Shown one piece after another: positions 1 to 9,121 of a stretch of 64,000 bases of DNA. The position numbers and the translations under genes are program-made. The stretch comes from Promethearchaeia archaeon (lineage in GTDB: Archaea; Asgardarchaeota; Lokiarchaeia; Sigyniarchaeales; SOKP01), in contig JAHQWK010000030.1 of assembly GCA_029856145.1 (NCBI GenBank), positions 9,261-73,260 of the forward strand, read 5' to 3'. Numbering within the stretch: the stretch's first letter is position 1; every line of letters starts with the position of its first letter. Below the pieces are notes generated by a model. That model ran no database searches, was not told the DNA's origin, and saw only the letters and a program-made list of their open reading frames with translations.

Positions 1-1
1 T

Positions 2-934
2 TATGGTGAATATGGATATGGTGAAATCGAGAATGTTATAACTCAAGTTCAACTAGAACGGATTTTAGCTCCAAATGGACCACTTGAAGGCCATGTGCAC
101 CGAATTTCAGATGATAAAGAGCCTAAAGAAATTGTTTTTATACAGTGCGTGGGAAGTCGAGAAACAGAAAGAACCTATTGTAGTGGTGTATGTTGTATGC
201 TTGCATTAAAAAATGGGCGATTATTACTGGAAGAATTTCCCGATGCGAACATAACAATCTGTTATATTGATATAAGAACTCCTGAAAAAGGATTTGAAGA
301 ATACTATGAACGAGCTAAAGATGCAGGTATTAGAATGATTCGTGGAAAAGTTGGTGAAATCTCTGAAGATCCTGAAACTAAAAATGTGAAAGTTCGCGTA
401 TATTCATCTCTCACAGATAAGATTGTAAAAATTGATGCTGATTTAGTTGTTTTATCTACAGCAGCACTCCCTTCAAAAGGTACTGAACAGATTGTAAAAG
501 TATTAAATCTTGATACTAATATGTATGGCTTTCTTACAGAATCACATTTCGGTTTAATGCCACAAGAAACAAAGGAAAAAGGAATTTTTATTGCTGGATT
601 TGCTCAGGGACCGAAAAATATTTCTTATTCAGTTTCTCAAGCTAGAGCTGCGGCTAGTAAAGTTGCTGAGTTAACATCACCAGGAGAAATCGATATAGAA
701 CTTATTACTGCGGAGGTGGACAGTGAATTCTGCATTTCTTGTAGACGATGCGAAAAAGAATGTCCTAAAAATGCCATTAGGATTGAAAAGGATATCGGTG
801 CGTTTATTGATGAAATAAATTGTGACGGATGCGGTATTTGTGCTACGTGTTGTCCTACTCAAGCAATTGATATCAGATATTATCGAGATCATCAATTATT
901 TGCTGAAATTGATGGTCTTTTAGGAGGTGGTTAA
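2..934 (+). CDS. hdrA: Heterodisulfide reductase subunit A-like flavoprotein, C-terminal part (5' end outside window)
   Basis: Frame is open from base 2 (YGEYGYGEIENVITQVQLERILAPNGP), upstream of the tracked start at 95. Motifs IQCVGSR, YCSGVCC and GIFIAGFAQGPK, plus two C-terminal CxxCxxCxxxCP ferredoxin motifs. Confidence 0.93.
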   Translation, partial: YGEYGYGEIENVITQVQLERILAPNGPLEGHVHRISDDKEPKEIVFIQCVGSRETERTYCSGVCCMLALKNGRLLLEEFPDANITICYIDIRTPEKGFEEYYERAKDAGIRMIRGKVGEISEDPETKNVKVRVYSSLTDKIVKIDADLVVLSTAALPSKGTEQIVKVLNLDTNMYGFLTESHFGLMPQETKEKGIFIAGFAQGPKNISYSVSQARAAASKVAELTSPGEIDIELITAEVDSEFCISCRRCEKECPKNAIRIEKDIGAFIDEINCDGCGICATCCPTQAIDIRYYRDHQLFAEIDGLLGGG

Positions 935-940
935 ACAAAC

Positions 941-1402
941 ATGAATAATACTTATAATATGATCGTGTTTGCTTGCTTAAAATGAGGATATAGCGCGGCT
1001 GATTTAGCTGGGGTTTCCCGATTAAAGTATACTCCTGCGGTAAAAATTATCAAAGTAAGATGTACCGGTAGAGTTGACATTAAGCACATTTTGTATAGCA
1101 TTCGTGCGGGAGCTGATGGTGTTATGATTGTCGGTTGAAGACCTAATGAATGTCAATTTAAAAACGGTAATTTCACAGCCGAAAGGCATGTTGATTTAGC
1201 AAATAGAATCTTAGAATCTAGAGGTTTCGGTAGTCAAAGAATAAATATGTATTGGTTAAGTGGAGGAGATGCTGGGAAATTTGTCGAATCTGTCGAGGAT
1301 GCTTACGAAAAGGTAAAAAAAGCTGGACCAAGTCCACTGAACTTAGAACCCGAAGAAATGAAAGTTGATACAAAACAAGTTATAACTACCCCTACAGAAT
1401 GA
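941..1402 (+). CDS. mvhD: Selenocysteine-containing MvhD/VhuD [2Fe-2S] subunit (153 aa, Sec15 and Sec66); absent from the ORF track
   Basis: Manual translation gives MNNTYNMIVFACLK-U-GYSAADLAGVSRLKYTPAVKIIKVRCTGRVD...GADGVMIVG-U-RPNECQF...KKAGPSPL. TGA at 983-985 and 1136-1138 align with the Cys of CNWC and GCH in the paralogs at 8488 and 21052. SD GGAGGTGG lies upstream and a SECIS-like hairpin lies at the 3' end. Confidence 0.93.
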
Positions 1403-1455
1403 TTCTTATAAACAAATTCTAGTTATAAGAAGACTAACCTTGCAAGGGAAGGGGT
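1388..1455 (+). promoter_or_regulatory. Eukaryote-type SECIS element (selenocysteine insertion sequence)
   Basis: AUGA (1399-1402), perfect 9-bp stem TTCTTATAA (1403-1411)/TTATAAGAA (1423-1431), loop containing AAA, then GA (1432-1433): the RUGA..GA kink-turn core. Possible lower helix ACCCCT (1388-1393)/AGGGGT (1450-1455). Confidence 0.85.
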
Positions 1456-1520
1456 TTTTAAATAGTATTCAATTAAAAATAAAAATTTTTATAGAAAATG
1501 TAATCCAAAAGGATGAAAAT

Positions 1521-3017
1521 ATGGTTCAAATTTCAAGAACTATCAATTTCAATGGAATATCGCCAAGAAATTTAATGGATGCCACCTATAAAGCAGTCGA
1601 AAACTTTCAAATTAGGGCATTTTTCGAAGCAAAAGATGAAATTTTGAAAACTGGAAAATATTCTGAAGAAGAATTTTATGAAATATTAGATACTATGATC
1701 GATGCTGAAACAGAGCGTAAATTAGTGTTAGAGGCATTAATAGGTAAAGAACCGTTATTTTTAGAGGAAATTTCAAAAACTCTAAAAGATTTTCCACCAG
1801 AAAACGTCATTCGTGATATTATTTATCTTAAAGAACAAGGATATATTGAAGAACATATTGAAATAAAAACTAAAACAGTCATTAAGAAAATAAAGGGAGA
1901 AGAAAAAGAAGTCGAGGAAAAAGAATATTTCTATAGGTATCAAGTTAAAGAGATACCTGATGGTTTTATTGAACATTTTTTTGAAACCGTTTCTATTGTG
2001 TTTGATTTTAAAGTATGCTGTCAATGTGGTTGGTGCTCATCAATTTGCCCTGTTAATGCAATTACAGTCACCGCAGACACTTTAGAGATTGATGATGAAA
2101 CTTGTATAAAATGTGGCTTATGTTATTCTGTTTGTCCGAGATCTTTTTCAATTGAACAAGCAGGTAAAAGTATAAATAAACTTGATAAATCTTTAAAATT
2201 TTCAGAAAAAATTAATAGTTATATTAATACATATTCTGCCACCACCACTAAGGATGAAATTAAAAAAGTTCGACAAGATGGTGGGATTGTAACTTCTCTA
2301 CTCGAATATTTACTCAAAAATAAATTAGTTGACGCCATTGTAGCAGTACAACATTCGAAGGACTTATGGAAACCAGAACCAGTAATAGTAGAAGACATTA
2401 AAGATTTGTACAAAACTAGTGGAACTAAATACGCAAATGCATCAACATTAAGTATAATCGATGAAACAAAAAAGTACGATAATATTGCGATTGTAGGTGT
2501 CCCGTGTATGATGAACGCTTTAGAAAAAGGAAATTTATTTCCAAGTAGACTGCCTTTTTTCAAGAATATCAAATATAGAATAGGACTTTTCTGCATGGAA
2601 TCTTTTCCTTACGAGGGCGTCCTTAACTTAATTAAAGAACAATTTCAAACAGATTTTAAAAAAGTAACAAAAATGGATATAAGTGGAGGTAAATTCATTA
2701 TATACTTAGATTCTGGTGAGGACTTAAGAGTACCCTTAAAGGAAGTTAAATCTTATGCTCGGTACAATTGTCATTTTTGCGAGGATCTAACATGCGATTT
2801 TGCAGATGTCAGTATTGGCTCAATTGGTTCACCCAGTGGGTGGTCTTCGGTAATAACGAGAACTAAATTAGGCGATAAACTTTTTAAGGACGCTATTAAG
2901 AAAGGATTAATTGAATCTAAAAGTTTAAAGGATGTTAAACCTGGACAACCCTTACTTGAACGGATAGCTGGAATAAAAAGAAAAAATTGTAAACCAATCA
3001 AATTGGAAAAGGAGTAA
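1521..3017 (+). CDS. FrhB/FdhB-family F420-binding subunit with 2x[4Fe-4S] and an N-terminal helical/wHTH-like extension
   Basis: QDGGIVTSLL, SGTKY, VGVPC, IGLFCMESF and CHFCEDLT..ADVSIGSIGS motifs; two ferredoxin motifs. ATG 1521 follows AGGATGA; the tracked TTG at 1440 lies inside the SECIS region. Confidence 0.88.
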   Translation: MVQISRTINFNGISPRNLMDATYKAVENFQIRAFFEAKDEILKTGKYSEEEFYEILDTMIDAETERKLVLEALIGKEPLFLEEISKTLKDFPPENVIRDIIYLKEQGYIEEHIEIKTKTVIKKIKGEEKEVEEKEYFYRYQVKEIPDGFIEHFFETVSIVFDFKVCCQCGWCSSICPVNAITVTADTLEIDDETCIKCGLCYSVCPRSFSIEQAGKSINKLDKSLKFSEKINSYINTYSATTTKDEIKKVRQDGGIVTSLLEYLLKNKLVDAIVAVQHSKDLWKPEPVIVEDIKDLYKTSGTKYANASTLSIIDETKKYDNIAIVGVPCMMNALEKGNLFPSRLPFFKNIKYRIGLFCMESFPYEGVLNLIKEQFQTDFKKVTKMDISGGKFIIYLDSGEDLRVPLKEVKSYARYNCHFCEDLTCDFADVSIGSIGSPSGWSSVITRTKLGDKLFKDAIKKGLIESKSLKDVKPGQPLLERIAGIKRKNCKPIKLEKE

Positions 3018-3033
3018 TGTAAAAGTTATTATT

Positions 3034-4146
3034 ATGAGTATAAAAACTTTTCAAGATTTAATTAAGGAAGTTCACGAAAAAGGAATCTGCCAAGAATGTG
3101 GAGGATGCACTTCTTTCTGTTCAGCAGCATTCGAAACTGTTATAGGCTTCAAAAAACCTAATTCTCCTCCTGAATACATAAACAAAGATGCATGCCTTGA
3201 GTGCGGTATATGTTATTACTTATGCCCTCAAACACATATCTTAGATGATGACCTAAATAATACTTATCAATTCACTGATTTTACATCAATGCCTTACGGA
3301 TTTGCTGAAGATGTCTATTCTTGTCAGACTATAGATGAAGAATTTCTTAAACATGGGACAGATGGAGGTGTGGTAAATACACTTTTAAATTTCTTATTAG
3401 AAAATAAAATTATCGATGGAGCAATAGTCTCTAAAGTTGAGAGTCCATTTTCTCGAGAAGCCATGTTAGCAGAGAATAAAGGTGACCTAATTAAAGCATC
3501 GGGTACAATTTTGAATGTATCTCCACAAGTAGATGAAATACAAAGGTTTAGCACTTATACACGCTCAATTCCTCAATTAAGTCATTATAAATTTAAAAAG
3601 TTAGCAATTGTGGGAACACCTTGTCAAATTTATACTATTAGATGTATGCAAACTTTAGGTGTTACCCCTTCGGAACATATTGAGATTTGTTTTGGTTTAT
3701 TCTGTTATCATAATTTTCTATTTGAAAAATCTCAAATCGAGAAATTTGAAAAAGAGTTTAAGGTAAAATTTGAAGATATAAAAAAAATAAACATTAAGGA
3801 AGATTTAATTCTAAAGGTAGAGGATAAAAACTCAAAAGAAAAGATAATTCATATTCCTTTTAATAAATTAGTTAATTATATACGCCCAGCTTGCCATTCC
3901 TGTCTTGATTTTACTAATGTTTATTCAGATATTTCGTTTGGAGGGCTTGGATCTCCAGACAAATTTACCACTGTAATTCCTCGTACTGAAAAAGGTAAAC
4001 AATTATTCCAAAAAGCATTAGATAAAAATATAATTAAGAATCTAAAACTTGATGAAAATGTAAAAAGAAATATGAAAACCCTAATAACAAAGTTTTCTAA
4101 ATCAAAAATTGAACGAAGAAATGAATTCATGAAAAACTTAAAATAA
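3034..4146 (+). CDS. Second FrhB/FdhB-family F420 hydrogenase/dehydrogenase beta subunit
   Basis: CQECGGC and CLECGICYYLCP, TDGGVVNTLL, VGTPCQ, GLFC, CHSCLDFT..SDISFGGLGS. Confidence 0.88.
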   Translation: MSIKTFQDLIKEVHEKGICQECGGCTSFCSAAFETVIGFKKPNSPPEYINKDACLECGICYYLCPQTHILDDDLNNTYQFTDFTSMPYGFAEDVYSCQTIDEEFLKHGTDGGVVNTLLNFLLENKIIDGAIVSKVESPFSREAMLAENKGDLIKASGTILNVSPQVDEIQRFSTYTRSIPQLSHYKFKKLAIVGTPCQIYTIRCMQTLGVTPSEHIEICFGLFCYHNFLFEKSQIEKFEKEFKVKFEDIKKINIKEDLILKVEDKNSKEKIIHIPFNKLVNYIRPACHSCLDFTNVYSDISFGGLGSPDKFTTVIPRTEKGKQLFQKALDKNIIKNLKLDENVKRNMKTLITKFSKSKIERRNEFMKNLK

Positions 4147-4150
4147 GGAA

Positions 4151-5428
4151 GTGAATTTTATAGTAGAAATTGAAAGATCTAAAAGGGCAAAATTGGAAGC
4201 AGATGAATTTGATTCGTACTTAAGAAAGATATATGAACCAAATTTAATTGATTTATTGAAAAAATGCTATCAATGCGCCCGTTGCTCAGGTGTATGTCAA
4301 ATCAGTAAAGTTCAAAAATTTACACCTAGTAGAATCATTCAAATGATATTAGAAGGTTTTGAAGATGAGATAATTAATAGTCAGGTATTATGGGATTGTT
4401 TAATGTGCAATAGTTGCTTACAACATTGCCCTAAAGATATTAATTTTGCTGATATTGTCAGAATGGCTAGATATAAAATGCGAACAAAAGATATCCAAAA
4501 TCCTGATCGTTCTATTGCTCATAAAGGTATTTATCCTCTAATGTCAGAACTTATGATTCAAAAAAATATTAAAATTGAAAGACCTTTAGATTGGATTCCA
4601 AAAGGCTGTAAAATTTCAAATAAAGGAGATATTTTATATTATGTAGGATGTTTACCTTTCTTTAATTATGAATTTCAAGACTCAAATTCCATAGCAGAAA
4701 GCACTTTAAAGATTATTTGTCAATTAGAAAAAGATCCAGTAGTTATTCTTAAAGATGAAATATGTTGTGGTCACGATTTATATTGGGGTCAAGCAAAATT
4801 CGAAGTTTTTATCGAATTAGCAAAAAAAAATATAAATATCTTTGAAAAAGCAGGAATCTCAAAAATAGTTACTGCATGTGCTGAATGTTATAGAACTTTT
4901 AAAATTGATTACCCGAAGCTTTTTGAAGATTTTAATGAAAAATTTGAAGTTAAACACATAATTGAATATATATATGATAAGTGGAAGCAGGGAAAAGTCC
5001 AATTTAAAAATCCTAATGAATCTAGTGATGTTATTCCTTTCACTTATCATGACCCTTGTAGATTAAGTAGATTTTTACCAAAGGATAATAAAATTATTGA
5101 GAAAGTCCGAGAAATCTTCAAACATTTGAAGACAATAGGATATAATTTTAATGAAATGGAACATAATAAAGAAAATTCCTATTGTTGTGGAGTAAATTCT
5201 TGGATGAATTGTAATGAAAAGTCTAAAGCTTTACGATATAAGCGTCTTTTAGAAGCTAAAGCTGCTGGAACAAAAATGATTACAGCATGCCCAAAATGTC
5301 GAATGCACTTAAATTGTCTAAAAAAAGACTATGAAGACTTCTCCTCTATTGAAATCTTAGATTTTTCAGAATTCTTAGTGGATTTTATAAAAATAATAGA
5401 ACCTAATCAAACAGTTGAGGAGAAGTAA
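4151..5428 (+). CDS. HdrD-like Fe-S oxidoreductase (HdrC-like 2x[4Fe-4S] plus two CCG domains)
   Basis: CYQCARCSGVC, CLMCNSCLQHCP, YYVGC, ICCG, TACAEC, YHDPCRL, CCG, TACPKC. The exact start is uncertain. Confidence 0.9.
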   Translation: MNFIVEIERSKRAKLEADEFDSYLRKIYEPNLIDLLKKCYQCARCSGVCQISKVQKFTPSRIIQMILEGFEDEIINSQVLWDCLMCNSCLQHCPKDINFADIVRMARYKMRTKDIQNPDRSIAHKGIYPLMSELMIQKNIKIERPLDWIPKGCKISNKGDILYYVGCLPFFNYEFQDSNSIAESTLKIICQLEKDPVVILKDEICCGHDLYWGQAKFEVFIELAKKNINIFEKAGISKIVTACAECYRTFKIDYPKLFEDFNEKFEVKHIIEYIYDKWKQGKVQFKNPNESSDVIPFTYHDPCRLSRFLPKDNKIIEKVREIFKHLKTIGYNFNEMEHNKENSYCCGVNSWMNCNEKSKALRYKRLLEAKAAGTKMITACPKCRMHLNCLKKDYEDFSSIEILDFSEFLVDFIKIIEPNQTVEEK

Positions 5429-8400
5429 TGGAGAAAGTCGGCGCTGTCTTAGTTATTGGTGGCGGAATTGCAGGGATCCAAACTTCTATAGATTTAGCAG
5501 ATTCAGGTTATAAAGTTTATCTAGCAGAATCGACAACCAGTATAGGTGGGGTTATGTCTCAATTAGATAAGACATTTCCAACTAATGACTGTGCAATATG
5601 TATACTTGCCCCAAAATTGGTACAAACTGGTCGACATGAAAATATCGATATTTTAATTAATTCATCAATTGAAAAAATTGAAGGTGTTCCTGGTAATTTT
5701 AATCTTGATTTAACTCAAAGAACGCTTCTTTTGGATCATAATAAATGTACAGGGTGCGGGTTATGTGCTCAACATTGTCCTATAGAGGCTATAGATTTTT
5801 TTAATGAGAAGCTTTCTAATATTGCAGCAATATCTGTAAAATTTCCTCAAGCAGTTCCATTAGTGTTCTCAATTAATAAAGAAAAATGTATAGGTTGCGG
5901 TATTTGTAAAGGAATTTGTAAAGCAAAAGCTATAGATTACGAACTTCAAAATGAATTAATTAACCTCAATGTAGGAGCTGTAGTATTAGCAATTGGGTTT
6001 GATGAATACGATCCTACACCTTTAACGCAATTTGGTTACGGTAAGCATTTAAATGTGATTACTAGTATTGAATTTGAACGTATACTCAGTGCTAGTGGAC
6101 CACACTCAGGTTTAATAATTCGCCCTTCTGATGGAATTATCCCTAGAAAAATTGCCTTTTTACATTGTATAGGGTCAAGGGATAGAAAACATAGAATTGA
6201 ATACTGCTCTTCTGTGTGTTGTATGTATACTACAAAGGAAGCAGTAATAGCAAAAGAGCATATGAATATTATAGAACCAACTATTTTTACAATGGATGTC
6301 AGAGCATATGGTAAAGATTTTGATAAATATATTGAACGAGCGAAGAATGAGTATGGAGTAAGATATATCAGACGTAGAATATCTTCTATTAAGGAAATTC
6401 CGGACTCTAAAGATTTAAAGGTTTATTATGAAACAGGAAATGGAAAAATTATTGAAGAAATTTTTAATCTAGTCGTCCTTTCTGTAGGAATGCAACCTAA
6501 TCAACAAGCAAAAGAACTAGCACAGAAATTAAATATCCAGTTAAATGAATATGGGTTTTGTAAAACTGGAACTTTTAACCCAGTAGAAACTTCAAGACCA
6601 GGGATTTATGTTTGTGGGTCTTTCGCAACACCTAAAGATATTCCAGAAACTGTTATTGAAGCTAGTGCTGCTGCTGGATGTGTAAATGTTCTTTTATCAG
6701 AAGCAAGAAACAAATTAGTCTCTAAGAAAGAACTTCCCGAGGAAATAGATGTAAGTGATCAACCACCGCGAATAGGAGTATTTATATGTCATTGCGGGAT
6801 AAATATTGGTGGGGTTGTTGATGTTCCTGATGTAGTTGAATATGTGAAAACTTTACCTGATGTAGTTTATGCAGAACATAATTTATATACCTGTTCAGCA
6901 GATACTCAGACTATTATTAAAGAAAAAATCGAAGAAAACCAACTCAATAGAGTTATCGTTGCCTCATGTACTCCAAGAACACATGAACCTTTATTTCAAG
7001 CAACAATCAGGGAGGTTGGTTTAAATAAATATCTTTTTGAAATGGTTAATATTCGAGATCAATGTTCATGGGTTCATATGCATGAACCTGAAAGAGCAAC
7101 CGCAAAATCAAAAGATTTATTGCGTATGTCAGTGGCGAAGGCTAGTCAATTAATCCCGTTACAGGAACAAGAAATCACTGTAATAAATAAAGGGCTAATT
7201 ATAGGCGGGGGTGTATCTGGAATGTCAGCAGCATTAAATTTAGCTTCTCAAGGGTATGAAGTTTTCTTAATTGAAAAGGAAGAAGCTCTAGGTGGGCTTG
7301 CTAAAAATATTTATCGAACCCTCGAAAATGATGATACCCAGGAATATCTTGAAAACCTAATTAAAAATGTTGAAGATAATCAACTAATTCAAGTATATAA
7401 AAATGCTCAAATCAATTCAATATCAGGATATATAGGAAATTTTTCCACAAATGTAAGCTACGGAAATAATAGCAAAAGTGTTGATCTAGAACATGGGATA
7501 ATCATTGTAGCTACTGGCGCAAAAGAATATCAACCAAAAGAATATAGTTTCGGGCAAGATCAAAGAATTATATCTCAAACTGAATTTGAAAAAGATCTTT
7601 TTACTACGGATAAAATAAAAGGATTGAAATCAGTTGTTATGATTCAATGCGTTGGATCTAGAAATGAAGATCACTCCTACTGTAGCAGAATCTGCTGTTC
7701 AGAAGCCATTAAAAATGCGTTGAAAGCAAAAGAAATCAATCCTAATATAGAAATAGTGATTCTATATCGTGATATTCGAACATATGGTTTTAAAGAAAAA
7801 TACTATAACTTAGCACGAGATAAAAAGATTATTTTCATTAGATTTGATGAAACTAAACTTCCTGAATTAAATATTAAAAATAAACAGTTAATAATAACAG
7901 TAAACAATCCAGATTTAGGAGAACTTGAAATAAATCCAGATTTAATTGTGTTAAGTACGGGGCTTGTAGCACCCATAAAAGAAAACGAAGAGTTAGCAAA
8001 AATGTTAAAAGTTCCACTTAATGAGGATAAATTCTTTTTAGAAGCTCATGTTAAATTGAGACCAATTGATTTTGCAACAGACGGTATATATTTATGTGGG
8101 TGTGCACATTCGCCTAAAGATCTTCGAGAATCAATTGCCCAATCTAATGGAGCTGCTGGTCAAGCAGTTAAAATCTTAAGTGCTAAAAAACTTGTAACAT
8201 CTGGGCTTGTAGCTGTCGTAATAGAGGAAAATTGCATTGGCTGTGGAAGCTGTATGGAAGTCTGTCAATTTAATGCTATAGAATTAATAGAGGAAGAAAG
8301 AACATTTGAAGATTTCACAATGACTATAAAGAAATCCCACATAAATCCAGCGCTTTGTAAAGGTTGTGGCACATGTGGTGCTCAATGCCCTAATTCAACA

Positions 8401-8469
8401 ATAGTTATTAAACATTTTGGTTTTGAGCAAATTCACGCTATGATTTCTGCTCTTTTAGTCCAAAGTTAA
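5428..8469 (+). CDS. hdrA: Large (about 1000 aa) two-module HdrA-like flavoprotein
   Basis: VLVIGGGIAG, QLDKTFPTNDC, CHCGINIG, SCTPRTHE, NIRDQCSWVH, a second GGGVSG FAD motif, EAHVKLRP and ferredoxin motifs. Start overlaps the upstream stop (TAATG). Confidence 0.95.
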   Translation: MEKVGAVLVIGGGIAGIQTSIDLADSGYKVYLAESTTSIGGVMSQLDKTFPTNDCAICILAPKLVQTGRHENIDILINSSIEKIEGVPGNFNLDLTQRTLLLDHNKCTGCGLCAQHCPIEAIDFFNEKLSNIAAISVKFPQAVPLVFSINKEKCIGCGICKGICKAKAIDYELQNELINLNVGAVVLAIGFDEYDPTPLTQFGYGKHLNVITSIEFERILSASGPHSGLIIRPSDGIIPRKIAFLHCIGSRDRKHRIEYCSSVCCMYTTKEAVIAKEHMNIIEPTIFTMDVRAYGKDFDKYIERAKNEYGVRYIRRRISSIKEIPDSKDLKVYYETGNGKIIEEIFNLVVLSVGMQPNQQAKELAQKLNIQLNEYGFCKTGTFNPVETSRPGIYVCGSFATPKDIPETVIEASAAAGCVNVLLSEARNKLVSKKELPEEIDVSDQPPRIGVFICHCGINIGGVVDVPDVVEYVKTLPDVVYAEHNLYTCSADTQTIIKEKIEENQLNRVIVASCTPRTHEPLFQATIREVGLNKYLFEMVNIRDQCSWVHMHEPERATAKSKDLLRMSVAKASQLIPLQEQEITVINKGLIIGGGVSGMSAALNLASQGYEVFLIEKEEALGGLAKNIYRTLENDDTQEYLENLIKNVEDNQLIQVYKNAQINSISGYIGNFSTNVSYGNNSKSVDLEHGIIIVATGAKEYQPKEYSFGQDQRIISQTEFEKDLFTTDKIKGLKSVVMIQCVGSRNEDHSYCSRICCSEAIKNALKAKEINPNIEIVILYRDIRTYGFKEKYYNLARDKKIIFIRFDETKLPELNIKNKQLIITVNNPDLGELEINPDLIVLSTGLVAPIKENEELAKMLKVPLNEDKFFLEAHVKLRPIDFATDGIYLCGCAHSPKDLRESIAQSNGAAGQAVKILSAKKLVTSGLVAVVIEENCIGCGSCMEVCQFNAIELIEEERTFEDFTMTIKKSHINPALCKGCGTCGAQCPNSTIVIKHFGFEQIHAMISALLVQS

Positions 8470-8487
8470 ATTATAAGGTATTAATTT

Positions 8488-8919
8488 ATGTCTAAGTCAA
8501 AAAAGAAAGTAAATAAAAAGGATTTTCACCCTAATATATTGTGTTTTTGTTGTAATTGGTGTAGTTATGCTGGGGCAGATTTAGCTGGCGTATCTCGTTT
8601 TCAATACCCTCCCACTATTAGAATAGTAAGAGTAATGTGCTCTGGTAGAGTAGACCCGGCTTTTATTTTAGAAGCATTTAGAGATGGGATTGACGGAGTC
8701 ATTGTGACAGGCTGTCACATTGGTGACTGTCATTATCTGAAAGGAAATGAGTTTGCAAGAGATAGGTTTGAAAATTTTCAGGAAGTTCTAAAAATATTCA
8801 ATCTTGAAAAAAGATTTAGACTTGAATGGGTTAGTGCGTCTGAAGGAAAAAGATTTGCTGAAGTTATTACGGAATTTACAAATGAAATTAAAAAACTAGG
8901 TCCATTACAAGCAATTTAA
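8488..8919 (+). CDS. mvhD: MvhD [2Fe-2S] subunit, cysteine form
   Basis: FCCNWCSYAGADLAGVSR, RVMCSGRVD, GCHIGDCHY, WVSASEG. Confidence 0.96.
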   Translation: MSKSKKKVNKKDFHPNILCFCCNWCSYAGADLAGVSRFQYPPTIRIVRVMCSGRVDPAFILEAFRDGIDGVIVTGCHIGDCHYLKGNEFARDRFENFQEVLKIFNLEKRFRLEWVSASEGKRFAEVITEFTNEIKKLGPLQAI

Positions 8920-9009
8920 CATACAATTTTTATTGATTTAAAAAATTCCATCTCTCTTTCTTATTAACTTTAAATTATATTAAAATTATCCACCTCTACA
9001 GACACGTAT

Positions 9010-9043
9010 GAAATGGTAAATTCAGAGTCTGATTTCAATGAAA
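9010..9043 (+). repeat. Dispersed 33-bp hairpin repeat, copy 1
   Basis: GAAATGGTAAATTCAGAGTCTGATTTCAATGAAA (one extra T relative to the other copies). Weaker similarity to copy 2 extends to about 9066. Confidence 0.9.
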
Positions 9044-9121
9044 ACTCAATGAAAAATGATAAAGTGGTAGTCTAAAACTGTAGAAAAAGAAATATAAAAA
9101 AAAGTTTTAATACGAATTTAA

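Noticed and set aside
941-1402. mvhD as a pseudogene, or UGA=Trp recoding
   Set aside because: Both TGAs sit at Cys positions, there are no frameshifts and a SECIS follows. Other genes use TGA as a normal stop and TGG for Trp.
1440-1520. Tracked TTG start of the first FrhB-like ORF
   Set aside because: It overlaps the SECIS lower stem; ATG 1521 has an SD-like sequence at the usual spacing.
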